A stretch of 57,843 nucleotides of DNA, counting the filler, from Trichosphaerium sp. ATCC 40318 (lineage: Eukaryota > Protista > Tubulinea): NCBI GenBank assembly GCA_038496445.1. It is 2 parts of 2 records of this genome, joined end to end, with 100 filler letters (N's around TTAATTAATTAA, not from the genome) between each part and the next. Parts side by side here need not be neighbours in the genome. Positions count along the whole stretch, not along the records: positions 1 to 29,384 come from JALMLS010000443.1; 1 more part is not named here. One strand, 5' to 3'. The notes below the pieces were generated by a model that did not search any database, was not told the DNA's origin, and was given only the letters and a program-made list of their open reading frames with translations. How positions within the stretch are numbered: the first letter of the stretch is position 1; every line of letters begins with the position of its first letter. Position numbers and translations under genes: made by a program. This document shows positions 12,150-23,648 of this stretch, one piece after another.

Positions 12150-13255
12150 TGTTGATCACGTTTTTGTAGCCTCGTTAACTCAACCTGGTTTACTTATTTT
12201 TTAGAGACGTATCTAGCACGCGTGAAGGGCATACCTATACTTTAAATCTCTGTAATGATCTACAAATAAGTTCTGAAAATCATAAACAATCATTTTCTGT
12301 AGTACACAACAACTCAGTACGTCACACTCAAACGTAGCAGGTTCTTACGTATTCTTAAAAGGGAAAAACTGATGTACTTGGGAACTATTATGAAACTTCA
12401 CAGGAACTTCTTGATGACGGCAGTACTATTAAAACAAAAATGAATCCCATCAAATTTATTGTTGTTAGGTGACTTACTTCATTTCACTTTTACAAACGGC
12501 GACTTGTGTGTCAAAGGAGGTCGTAGACATGCTGAGCTTTTCTTGATATGTGGTCAAGCACATGTATTCGAAGTCTTGTGGGAGGATAAACCAACAGAAT
12601 GCCACCATCAAATAACTGTACCTCTTTTTTTTATTTCTTTTTTTTTTTGAGATGTTTAACCAGTTTTATTAAGGCTGTGTCGTATGTAGCTTGTCCTGAA
12701 CGCATTCACAGCCCCCTAGATAAAAAACAAATAATATATATTAATACTTTTGTGCACATTGTACCACATACTCACAATGATGTTGGTTGGATTAATACTT
12801 TTGACGTACAATTGATCTTTTTTTTCTTCCTAATCCGAAAATGAAACTCATACCTCGTCGGTTTTTTCTTACATGTTGATTGTAGGGATACTATGAAGAT
12901 TCAGTTCGTCACATACTCAATTCAGTAGTATCAGCCCTAGAAAATAAACCAAATAGAAAATTCATCTACGTTGAACAGTAAGTCCGCTTCTAACGTAGCT
13001 CAAACGTAGTTTGTTTAACAGTTTGGTAATGCTGTTATTTCAGAGCCTATTTTCACAAGTGGTGGACAGATTCTCGTACCAAGAATGCTCAAAGAGCTCT
13101 TTGGAAACAATACTTGGCTAATGGGCAAGTTGAGTTTGCGGTAGGAGGATGGAGTATGGAGGATGAAGCTTGTACAACGTATTCTGCTGATATCATAAAT
13201 GTGCGTTCGAAGACAAAGAAATAGTCGTTTACTTATGCTTGATAGATGGCTGTTG

Positions 13256-13397
13256 TGTCGTATATGAATACTTCATATACGTCATTCGTTATTCAGATAA
13301 CGAAGTTCCTAAATGTAATAAATTTAATAAATACAGAATTCTCCTTACCTCGTACCTGCAACAACTCGTCCTATAACCCTAGCTAAGTTATACGACA
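13256..13397 (+). repeat. 5' LTR (142 bp)
   Basis: TGTCGTATA...TATACGACA terminal inverted repeat; identical by eye to 23507-23648. Confidence 0.95.
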
Positions 13398-13399
13398 CC

Positions 13400-13410
13400 T
13401 GGCGACACGG
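13400..13410 (+). promoter_or_regulatory. Primer-binding site
   Basis: TGGCGACACGG 2 nt after the LTR, complementary to a tRNA 3' end; tRNA identity not determined. Confidence 0.75.
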
Positions 13411-13826
13411 ATTTGTAATAGGGTAAGTCTTTAACAACTAACACTCGGCACCTTTGTGCAAATAAATTTTCGGAGTACTTTACACTCCTCCTTTCTTGGC
13501 TATACGCCTTCGGATTATACCGTAAACAAACACGTAAGCCGACTTAGTTCGCAGTGCTCCCATTTACGTCGGACTGTGCTCCGAGCGTGTAAGTCGTCTT
13601 AGTACGCGAAAACAAACATCAACGAAGCCAAACCTTCGTGTAAGTCGAGTTATCTCGCGAAACCTCGGACTCCCAAGTCCTTCGGAGTACATAGTACTTC
13701 TTGTATTGGGTTAAAGAACCCCACAAAACTGTACAGGCCATCAGCGCCTTAAAAAACTATTAATAAAAACTATTAAATACATAGTACACATCTCTTATCA
13801 ATAACTCCTCTTGTCTTCCGTCAGCG

Positions 13827-16345
13827 ATGACTGACCTGTCACAACAGGGTGATATCCCTCTTCCTGGTGTTAGTTTTGATCAAGAATCACAAGCCAGCGA
13901 ACATGATTCCGTTCAACAAGACCTTGAACAAATTGAAAAAGAAGACAAAGAATTGCGACAGCAACAGGCTGATGAGCAATCACAAAGTGATGAGGATTAC
14001 GAAGAGCCTACTAATACGCCTCCTCCTAAAGGTACCCAACAAACATATGAAAAAGAATTGATGACAGGGTTGTCTGTCCCAGCCGGACTCAACGTAAAAG
14101 CCGATAAAAAGGTTCATCCCAAAAGTCCGATCAACTTAGAACCACATACACCGTTAACAGAAGCAGTTAACAGAGGGTACGGAGATGATGATTCCAATAC
14201 ATTTGCTGACTCTACAAACTCCAAGAGTACCAAAGTAGACAGTGACAATGACAGTCAGGACTTTGAGTCAAAAACATCTAAAAAATCAACCAAATCAAAA
14301 AAATCAAAAAAATCTAAAAAACCTAATAAAAAATCTCCTGCTGATCTTAAACATGTCCTCAGTTACATTCCGCGTTTAAAAACAAAAAACCGTGCTACCA
14401 TAGATCATTGGTATAAATTTAGCGTTAGCTTAGCAAAAACTTATGGTGTTGATGATGACACTCTTGCTTTAGCACTAAGAGTTAGCATAAAGAACAAAGA
14501 GCTTAAAAAACTGCTCACAACTGTTCCGCTAAACTCATCTCCTATCAAAATATATAACGCCATAATTGCGGAGGTTGTAACTCCGTTGGACAGAGCTCGT
14601 TCGGTGATTAATTTCAGAGATTGTGTACAAGATAAAGATGAGACGTGCAGGAAATACATGCGCCGTCTTAAAGAAACAGCGAAGTACGCTAACAAAAGTA
14701 CTTCTGCAGTAGTGGAGCAATTTGTCCTCGGACTTAAAAAAGACCTCCGTGCTCAGATCTATAACACATATATTGTGCTTAGAAAGAGCTATGAAAACAA
14801 CGACATTAAATCTAAATACTTTTGCGAAAACAGGGCTGAAACTCAGCTAGGCATTGCCTTAAAAAATGATGCATATTCCTAACATTTGGCATTAGATGGC
14901 AAAATCAAGGCATTTGCATTTGGCAATGCCCAATAAAATAAGGCATTTTTACAAAAAGGCAATGCCTTCATCAAAAAGGCATTAATACCAGGCATTTTTG
15001 GGCATCTTTTGGCATTGCATGAAATCAGGTAATGCCTTGTATTGCATTTTTTGGCATTGCATAAAATCACGTAATGCCCTGTATTGCAAGTACTTTATGC
15101 CTTTATTATGCCTTATTTTTTTAAGCAATATATGCCTTGTATTTTAATTCATATATAAGGCATTGCCTATACTATATCATAGAACTGATCACATTAAGGA
15201 AGTGGTTTAAGGTAAGTAACAGTCAAACAACTTTTACACTTTTTTTTTCACATCACCTACTGACGTTTTATATAGATAGGCACCTAACGCTCTTAGTAAT
15301 TCATGAAATTAGACGAAACCACCGCCAAACGAACCGCAGCACTCTATTTCACCTACAACAGTAGTAGGAGTGAACTCCGCGATATTTCCAGGACCGCGGA
15401 ATTCTAACACTACAAGGTAAGTTTTTTTTTTTTTTTTCTACACCATCTCATATTTTCTTTAAAGTTTTTTCAAATGTGGACTTAGGAGTTTTGTGTATTG
15501 TATGTGTACTGTATTATAAAATAAATAGTTGTGTTATTACCTGAAAATGCCCTGGTTTATTAGGCACTGTAGACTATGATAATGCTTACTTTTTGCCTTC
15601 AAAATAAGGCATTGATGCATGAGTTATGCCCTAATTTGAAGGGCATAATTCCTAAAAATATGCAGGCAAAACCATTGCAATCTTGTGTACCAGATGCAAG
15701 CATTTTTCATCAAATATAAGGCATTTTTGGAGCAAAAAATAAGGCATTGCCCTGTATTTGCCTTTTTGAATGAGGCAAAAACTAGGCATTTTTGTAAAAA
15801 ATAAGGCATTATTTGATGAAAATGCCTAGGCATTGTCCAAAAATGCCTTGTTGAGTTTCAGCCCTGAAAATACTTGAAAAAGCTGAGAAAAAAGAGATAC
15901 AGCTTAATCTCGCAGGTGTAGATACTAATCTTATTAGTCATGATAGTTCTAACACTATTTCTACAAACAATATTGATCGCAATACTCGTTGGAACGTACC
16001 TGCGCAGATACCTCCTAATGTTCAACCGCAACAGTCTCAAACGGCAAGTGACCTCGAAAAAGAAATTGCCAAGTTGAACAAAAGGATCAGTGAACTAACT
16101 AAGAGTAGGAAGTTCAACAACAACAACAACCGATTTAACAATGGTTGTGCCCCGAAACAACAGCGCAATAACTTTAATGGTAATAACAACCAACAGCGAG
16201 GGCAGAGAAATAACAAAAACAACCAACAAAATAATCAGAGAAACAACAATAGTACCCCACGTGGAACAGTCATGCGTGAAGGTCAACTTGTCTGCTCTAC
16301 CTGTTATGGTCCAACACACGCTAACGGCGAAATATGCAGCCTATA
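13827..16345 (+). pseudogene. gag: gag, split by the element at 14831-15866 and truncated after the zinc knuckle
   Basis: Capsid-like QDKDETCRKYMRRLK..FVLGL. Removing the insert plus 2 bp restores KYFCEKILEKAEKKEIQL. N-rich linker, then CSTCYGPTHANGEIC knuckle. Confidence 0.88.
14831..15866. mobile_element. Non-autonomous TIR DNA element, family A variant, 1036 bp, inserted in gag
   Basis: TIR CAGGGCTGAAACTCA..TGAGTTTCAGCCCTG; 2-bp TSD AA fixed by the gag reading frame; AGGCA/TGCCT repeats; core shared with 11221-12149. Confidence 0.9.
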
Positions 16346-17376
16346 CAGTAGTAAAATAGAAATGGGAATTTTTAAGTAATCCACCCTGTTTTCCTATGGG
16401 AAAAGTAGACGGAAAAACTCTTCCTTAATTCCCATTGAATTTATATGAAATTCCGTAAGTATTACTCATAGAATTCTTAGAGTATTACTTTTGGAATTGT
16501 GTATGTATTTTATATAGAATTCTCTATGTATTCTTTATAGCATTTCTTAATGTATTTTTTGTAGATTTCAATAAAAAATACTTTATAAATTACACAAAAT
16601 ATTATTCGATACTTTGGTTCAGATTTAATGCAAAGTCATTTTATTTATTGATCATTACAAAATACAAACATCCTAAATAATACGTACAAGTTAAATACAT
16701 CGTGTCTTCATAAACGAAAGAAGTAATTTGATTGCATTTGGTTTTGAGAGCCTGAACAATAATTAATGCGTTTGTAAACGCTAAATTAAGAATGCGTAGG
16801 GTTTTTTGATAAATTAAGTGGAAATAAGCTTTAAAAACAACGTACTTGGAGTTAATGCTTTAAATACATTCTTTAATGGTGTAATAAGGCTGTTGCAATG
16901 CTTTAATCATCCTAAAACAGATAAGTAAGAGATATTTATGTTTAAGTGATTTTCCAAACCACCTAAAACGTGTTCTCCGTTACTTTTTGGATTAACGCAC
17001 TTTAACCTGTACCATTGGTTTTTTCACCTTTAATAATAGCATGTGGATATTGTTTGCTAGAAAAACCTATGTACCTAAGGTGTCGATGGTTTTTTGCAAA
17101 TATAAAACTAAACCCTAACCCTAACTTAATTTGTACTTTCATAAACCTCAACCCTAGCCCTAACCCTAACCCTAACTAAATTAGTACATTATTTGGTGGA
17201 TTTTGTACAATAATTCTGAAAATTCCGTATTTAAGGGAATATTATGGTAATTCTATCAAAAATCCTGCCATAAAAAAAATAAAAATAAGAATTCTTCACA
17301 AATTACCTTAAAAATCCCTAAAACAAAGGAATTTAGTGGGATTTATATCCAAAATCCCGTTTTCATTTTACCACTG
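16346..17376. mobile_element. Non-autonomous TIR element, family B
   Basis: Imperfect TIR CAGTAGTAAAAT..ATTTTACCACTG; GAATT/AATTC subterminal repeats; no ORF. Confidence 0.75.
17113..17175 (+). repeat. Two short (CCCTAA)n telomere-like tracts inside element B
   Basis: CCCTAA x2 at 17113-17124; CCCTAG followed by CCCTAA x3 at 17152-17175. Confidence 0.7.
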
Positions 17377-19753
17377 ATACCATGGTATTATACTGCATTT
17401 TAAAGTATATTATACCACGCATTATACCATATAATTATACCATAAAACACAGTATTATACCATGGTATTATACTGTATTTTACATGTATTGTATACTGTG
17501 CATTATACTGTGCATTATACCATATAATTATACCATAAAACACAGTATTATACCATGGTATTATACTGTATTTTACAGTATTGTATACTGTGCATTATAC
17601 CATATAATTATACCATAAAATGTGGTATTATACCGTGGTATTATACTGTATAAGTATAAGTTAGTCAAAGCTCACTTGATCTGCACTTGATTTAATAGCA
17701 TATGGACCTACACAAACGCCATACCACACAATGCTTTGACAGTAGCCGTTATTGAACATAATTGGCATATAAATGTGTGAAAAACAGTTTTAAGAGAGAA
17801 ATCTGGTAACGCGCCCCAATTACAGGCGTTTTAGGGATAAATTGGCCAACTTTCTCCGATTAATGGTATTTGAGGAAGAAACCACTCCGCGTACCCCATG
17901 TTAGAACGCTACAGTGGTATACACACCAAAAACGCGTTTAGCGCTCGAAAAATGCCCATTCGCAAAAAACCTCCAATTGGAGGTTTTTTTCTCCGGCTCT
18001 CATTTTTTTCTCCCCTCCATACGCATTTTTACACTCAATCAACGCCATACAGCCTCATTTACCAAATCAAGAGCAAAATTATTTATTTTTTTTGACATTC
18101 TTGATATATGCCCCAATGTGTGTTAAACCACGCGATTAGTGATATAAGGCAAAGTTGTTTCAGAGCCTACCCATTTTTCGAGTTTTTTGGTTTTTTTTGG
18201 ATTTTTTTTGATTTTTTTGGTTTTTTTCCTACCAAATGCCCGCATTTGCTGGAACAGATAGCATTTAGGCTCTGCACCCATGCGTTGACCTTATGAGTGA
18301 TATTGTAAACTAATTGGCTAAGCCAGGGCATAAAACTAAGTTTTGACCAGTTTATTGCCCACACAACACAAGGTACGCTAGAAAGTAGTTGTTTTAAAGC
18401 TGTTTGCCATAGGTTTTACAGGCTTAATAGGTGATATAAAAAAAACAAAACGTGTTAGCCGCCCAACCAGGTACTATTCCGCTAGAACTCGTTTCCGATG
18501 AGGTTGGTAGCTATTTTCATTTCTTTGTTTTAGTCTTGGTTTGGCTTCACTGTGCAGGTCATTTGTTACTCTCAGCACTGCCATAAAACAACAATTTTTG
18601 TATGACTATTTATTTTGTGTACAAGAAACCAAGCTGGCGCTAACTCTTCTTTTAGGTTTCATGCTATATCCATTCAATGCACTTACAGCAAGTACGATCT
18701 GTTCTTTTAAGGTTATTTGATCACTGCAAAAAAGGACATGGGCAAAACTAAAAGTCACGGATGTAAACAAAAAAAAGATGTATTAATAAATGTGTTTTTA
18801 TTTTTAAAACAGTTTTTACACAATATATACACCTGGTTTTGTGGTATAATCTACCAAGTTTTAAGGTATAATATACCAGGCTTTATGGTATTATACTGTG
18901 TTTTATACCATGTTTTATGGTAGAATTATACCATATAATGCATTTTTTCAGGTGAAAAAATATGGTATAAATTCGCACTTTCTACTGTATATTTATGGTA
19001 TAATTTGGCTGTTTCATGGTATAAATCCTTTGATTTATGGTATATTATACTGGAATTTGTGGTATAAAATTGGAATCAATGGTATAATTATACCACAAAT
19101 TCATGGTATCTACCATAAAAACAGCTCGAGAATTTTAGACCTGGTTTGGCTTCACCGTGCAGGTCATTTGTTACTCTCAGTGTTGCCATCACAACAAAAC
19201 AGCAATTTTTGTACGACTATTTATTTTGTGTACAAGAAACCAAGCCGGCGCTAACTCTTCTTTTAGGTTTCATGCTATATCCATTCAATGCACTTACAAC
19301 AAGTACGATCTGTTCTTTTAAGGTTATTTGATGTGTCACTGCAAAAAAGGACTGGGCAAAACTAAAGGTCACGGATGTAAACAAAAAAAAAATGTATTAA
19401 TAAATGTGTTTTTATTTTTAGAACAGTTTTTACACGGTCACCTGGTTTATGTGGTATAATCTACCAAGTTTTAAGGTATAATATACCAGGCTTTATGGTA
19501 TTATACTGTGCTTTATACCATGTTTTATGGTAGAATTATACCATATAATGCATTTTTTCAGGTGAAAAAATATGGTATAAATTCGCACTTTCTACTGTAT
19601 ATTTATGGTATAATTTGGCTGTTTCATGGTATAAATCCTTTGATTTATGGTATATTATACTGGAATTTGTGGTATAAAATTGGAATCAATGGTATAATTA
19701 TACCACAAATTCATGGTATCTACCATAAAAACAGCTCGAGAATTTTAGACCTG
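17377..19753. mobile_element. Non-autonomous element family C; left end missing, right end present twice
   Basis: ATACC/GGTAT subterminal arrays at 17377-17650 and 18840-19120; terminus CTCGAGAATTTTAGACCTG at 19143 and 19753; pol resumes immediately after 19753. Confidence 0.75.
18537..19753 (+). repeat. Two ~610-bp direct copies of the family C right end
   Basis: 18537-19143 versus 19142-19753; near-identical 118/117-aa spurious ORFs. Confidence 0.9.
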
Positions 19754-19754
19754 T

Positions 19755-22700
19755 CAAACCAGCAAAAGCGTTCAATTAACCATCTTGCATCAAGATCAAG
19801 AAAACCGCAACACCCCTATTGTCATCAAAAAGGGCAGTGTACTCGCCTATGCGTTCATTAATCGCCTTGGCAAAATCAATAGCAATAAACCTACCTTAGT
19901 TTACTCTGAGTTAATTCCTAACATAACTCCTACTAACAAATCACTAGATTTTAATAAGTCAGTTGAATTACCAAAGTTAGTACCTGAGAAAGGAACCCCA
20001 CCTCCTGTCGAGCGTTTCCTAAATAGAGCACCTAACACTTCTACTGAAACGTTAACAGAACTAAAGAATGATCCTGTGCTCAAGGACATTCAAGTTAATA
20101 CTAAAGTGCTATCTAACAATCAACGTGATTATCTGGTTGATTTATTAAAAGTCAAGGGTACACGTGTATATAATGAACCTGAAAAGTACAGTCAGGTAAA
20201 GTACGAACCAATTAAACTTAAAATAAGAGATAACGCTGTACCACACAGAGTTAAAAGAAGACGCTATGCAGCCAAATACGAAAAACGATTACAAAAATGT
20301 GTTGATCGTCTAGTTGCACAAGGCATAGTATCTAAAGTTACTGGCTCTGACTGGGTGTCTCATGCAATGGTCCTCCGTAAGAAAACTGGCGATGATCGCT
20401 TTATTATAGACCCTGCAAAAGTAAATGAGAACACAGAATTCTACCCATATCAAATACCTGATTGTAATGAAATGCTTAATAAATTTTCAAAATGGAAATA
20501 TAAAAGCGCTCACGACCTACCTCAAGGTTTCTTCCAGTTCTTGTTAGATAAAGATAGTCGTAAATACACGGCTTTTGTCACTAAGGAAGGAGTATACGTC
20601 TTCAATGTCTTATCAATGGGTTACAAAAACTCACCTGCTGAATTCCAAGAAGCAATGAACAATATCTTTAGCAGTCTAGATCACACTGAACCATACTTTG
20701 ATGATGTTGGAACGGGAGCCGATACAGTGGATCAAATGCTAAAACACTTAGAGGAATTCTACGATGTATGCATCAAATACAATGTAAGAATGTCCCCTCG
20801 TAAGACAGTACTATTTGCTACAGAAATGAACCACTTAGGACACACGCTAGTGGGTAAAGCAATGGTTCCTAGTGAAAGTAAAATTAGTAAACTACTATCA
20901 GTTGCAAAACCTACGGGGAAAAAGCAACTTAGCTCCATAATACATCTAGCAGGTTACTATCGTAAGTTTGTAAAGGACTTCGCTGGTATAACTCAACCTC
21001 TTACAAAATTACTCAAGGATGATGTTCCCTTTGAGTGGAAGGATGAAGTTCAAGGAAAAGCGTGGAATACCTTACTAAATAAACTTACTTCATACCCTGT
21101 ATTAGTTCCACCTGACTATTCTAAACCATTTGTATTACATACAGACACTTCTAAACATTCCATAGGCGCTGTACTAGAACAAGAACATAATGGTGAACTC
21201 CACGTTGTTGAATACTTTTCTAAGAAATTAAAACCTGAAAGAGTTAAGAAGTGGGAAATATGGAAAAAGGAATGTTGGGCTATGGTAGCAGCAGTAACGA
21301 AATTCCGTCACTACCTACTCCCCAACAAATTTACTATAGTAACGGATCATAAAGCGTTACTCTATCTCAAGAATTTCCATGACCCTACTCCCATACTAAT
21401 GAGGTGGGTCATGAAGCTGTCAGAATATGACTTCGATATACAGTATCGCAAAGGCAAATCACATGCCAATGCTGACGCTCTCTCTAGATTAGAATTCGAA
21501 GGAGATCATGAACTGGATGAAGAATTAGAAGAACTTCTAGATCCACAAGACCTTGAAAAAGCCAATCTATCCTTCAATATAAAAGACGCTAAAGGAAATG
21601 TAGTGTATAAAGTAAATAACACGTCAACTACATCAATATCTCCATTTGTACCTGAATTGAATCAGCGAAAAATAAATATTAGTAACCTCCAACGAGCTGA
21701 CCCTGATTTATTTCCCTTAATTGCTGAGCTAGAAACTAGTACACTAACACAACCTAAACTTACTCGCAATGGTACATTTGCACTTGACTCAGATGGAGTA
21801 CTTAATAATTTTACAGTACCACCAGGTCATGTCAAAGCAAACGGCATATTTAGAATTGTCGTCCCGGACTGTCTAAAAATAGATGTGCTAAGGCACTTCC
21901 ATGACTCACCACTTAGTGCACATGTAGGAGTAAACAAAATGTATAACAATATTAGAAGCCGTTTTTATTGGAAGAATATGTTAGCGGATATTCAAAATTA
22001 TACATCTAAATGTGACATCTGTCAAAAGCGTAAATTTCGTTCTAAAACAACTAAAGACGGACACATGATACCAATAACAGCTCAACATCCTTGGGACGTT
22101 ATAGCTGTTGATATATCAGGTCCATTTCCAACGTCTTACAAAGGAAATTCGTACATCCTTTCAATATCTGATTTGCTATCTAAATGGCATGAATTCGTAC
22201 CTATGAGCTCTACAACTTCAGACTTAGTTGCTGATGCTATATGTGAGCGTATCATTACTAAGTTTGGCGCTTTCAGAGCCATAATCAGTGACAATGGCTC
22301 CAATTTTAGAAGTGAAATTATAAGTAAAATATGTGAAACAATGAAAATCGAAAATCGATTTATTTCACCTTACAATCCTCAGTGTAACGGGCAAGCTGAA
22401 AGATCCTTTGGAACCGCTGTACCGTTATTAAGAGCTTTAACTGTAAAAGACCCACATGACTGGGATAATAAATTACCCTTCTTACAGTTCGCCTTTAATA
22501 GTACAATTAACCGTACTACAGGAGTAAGTCCACATTTCGCATTATTTGGAAGGGAGCCTAGACTTCCTATTGACCAAGTGTACGCTACCAACATTCCAAC
22601 AGATCACGTGGATGCAGCTACATACACTGCGAATATGGTTAAAACAATTGCTGATACACAAGAGCTTGTTCGCCAACACACTAAAAAGCGACAAGCTGAG

Positions 22701-23492
22701 TATCAAAGGTACAAGGACAGAAATGTGCCTGACAAAATTAAAACCTTTACAATCGGTCAACAAGTACTCGTTTGGAAAGAACTCCAAGGCGAAGGACCGA
22801 AAAAGTTAAAGAATAAAAGACATGGTCCGTACACCGTTACAGGAATAATTGGTCCTAAAACGTACAAGTTAAGACACAATGTCAAAGGTCACACTGAAAG
22901 TGTTGACATGAAACGAATCATTGAGTACAAATCACATGACTCAATTGATCAAATAAATGAAGACACGCGAAGAGCGGTCTCAAAACTCCTCAAAGATCTT
23001 CCTCACGCCAAGTATCACTTGCGCGATGATGAACCATATGATCGAATCTACCACGCCGAAAACGTGGATCAACCTATGGAAGTACCAGAGCTTACAGATG
23101 ACGAATCTGACACCGACGCAGAATCAGTCACTACCACAGTCTCTCCTCCATCCTCACTACCTCCTCCTCCTGAAGATACTGCTTTTCATGATGAACAAAC
23201 CGTCGAATACACTCCGTTAATGCAAACGTTCAAAGAACTTATTGTGAATGCAAGGAAGAAAATCGCGAAAACAAAAACCAAAGTTTTGCACAGCTCGTTC
23301 AGAACGAACCTCAGAAACATGGTTGAACCTGGTGCTGGTTTTATTAAAAACAGAAACCGTGCGTCAGAATTCAAACGCGAAATTACAAAGATGAAAACGA
23401 AAACCCAAGCGCTCACATTGCTGGATGAATGGATCAACAACTTCGATGTCGTGTTCGCACATGAAATACAGAAGCCGAGACGCTTCTCTTGA
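19755..23492 (+). CDS. pol: Gypsy pol (RT, RNase H, integrase); protease missing
   Basis: DLPQGFFQ, MGYKNSP, YFDD; LHTDTS..TDHKAL; integrase H-H-C-C, AVDISG, SDNG, AERSFG, GPY; no D(S/T)G protease motif found. Confidence 0.95.
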   Translation, partial: QTSKSVQLTILHQDQENRNTPIVIKKGSVLAYAFINRLGKINSNKPTLVYSELIPNITPTNKSLDFNKSVELPKLVPEKGTPPPVERFLNRAPNTSTETLTELKNDPVLKDIQVNTKVLSNNQRDYLVDLLKVKGTRVYNEPEKYSQVKYEPIKLKIRDNAVPHRVKRRRYAAKYEKRLQKCVDRLVAQGIVSKVTGSDWVSHAMVLRKKTGDDRFIIDPAKVNENTEFYPYQIPDCNEMLNKFSKWKYKSAHDLPQGFFQFLLDKDSRKYTAFVTKEGVYVFNVLSMGYKNSPAEFQEAMNNIFSSLDHTEPYFDDVGTGADTVDQMLKHLEEFYDVCIKYNVRMSPRKTVLFATEMNHLGHTLVGKAMVPSESKISKLLSVAKPTGKKQLSSIIHLAGYYRKFVKDFAGITQPLTKLLKDDVPFEWKDEVQGKAWNTLLNKLTSYPVLVPPDYSKPFVLHTDTSKHSIGAVLEQEHNGELHVVEYFSKKLKPERVKKWEIWKKECWAMVAAVTKFRHYLLPNKFTIVTDHKALLYLKNFHDPTPILMRWVMKLSEYDFDIQYRKGKSHANADALSRLEFEGDHELDEELEELLDPQDLEKANLSFNIKDAKGNVVYKVNNTSTTSISPFVPELNQRKINISNLQRADPDLFPLIAELETSTLTQPKLTRNGTFALDSDGVLNNFTVPPGHVKANGIFRIVVPDCLKIDVLRHFHDSPLSAHVGVNKMYNNIRSRFYWKNMLADIQNYTSKCDICQKRKFRSKTTKDGHMIPITAQHPWDVIAVDISGPFPTSYKGNSYILSISDLLSKWHEFVPMSSTTSDLVADAICERIITKFGAFRAIISDNGSNFRSEIISKICETMKIENRFISPYNPQCNGQAERSFGTAVPLLRALTVKDPHDWDNKLPFLQFAFNSTINRTTGVSPHFALFGREPRLPIDQVYATNIPTDHVDAATYTANMVKTIADTQELVRQHTKKRQAEYQRYKDRNVPDKIKTFTIGQQVLVWKELQGEGPKKLKNKRHGPYTVTGIIGPKTYKLRHNVKGHTESVDMKRIIEYKSHDSIDQINEDTRRAVSKLLKDLPHAKYHLRDDEPYDRIYHAENVDQPMEVPELTDDESDTDAESVTTTVSPPSSLPPPPEDTAFHDEQTVEYTPLMQTFKELIVNARKKIAKTKTKVLHSSFRTNLRNMVEPGAGFIKNRNRASEFKREITKMKTKTQALTLLDEWINNFDVVFAHEIQKPRRFS

Positions 23493-23504
23493 AAAAGGAG
23501 GGAG
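23491..23504 (+). promoter_or_regulatory. Polypurine tract
   Basis: GAAAAAGGAGGGAG 2 nt before the 3' LTR. Confidence 0.9.
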
Positions 23505-23506
23505 TA

Positions 23507-23648
23507 TGTCGTATATGAATACTTCATATACGTCATTCGTTATTCAGATAACGAAGTTCCTAAATGTAATAAATTTAATAAATACAGAATTCTCCTTACC
23601 TCGTACCTGCAACAACTCGTCCTATAACCCTAGCTAAGTTATACGACA
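23507..23648 (+). repeat. 3' LTR (142 bp)
   Basis: Matches the 5' LTR. Confidence 0.95.

Larger units (their letters stand above)
13256..23648 (+). mobile_element. Ty3/Gypsy LTR retrotransposon with nested insertions
   Basis: Two 142-bp LTRs (TG..CA), PBS, PPT, gag, and pol in RT-RH-INT order. Confidence 0.96.

Noticed and set aside
17377-17650. Regular repeats resembling a CRISPR array
   Set aside because: No unique spacers and no cas genes; these are MITE subterminal tandem repeats in eukaryotic DNA
18898-19861. Duplicated 118/117-aa ORFs
   Set aside because: Low-complexity translations of GGTAT repeat arrays
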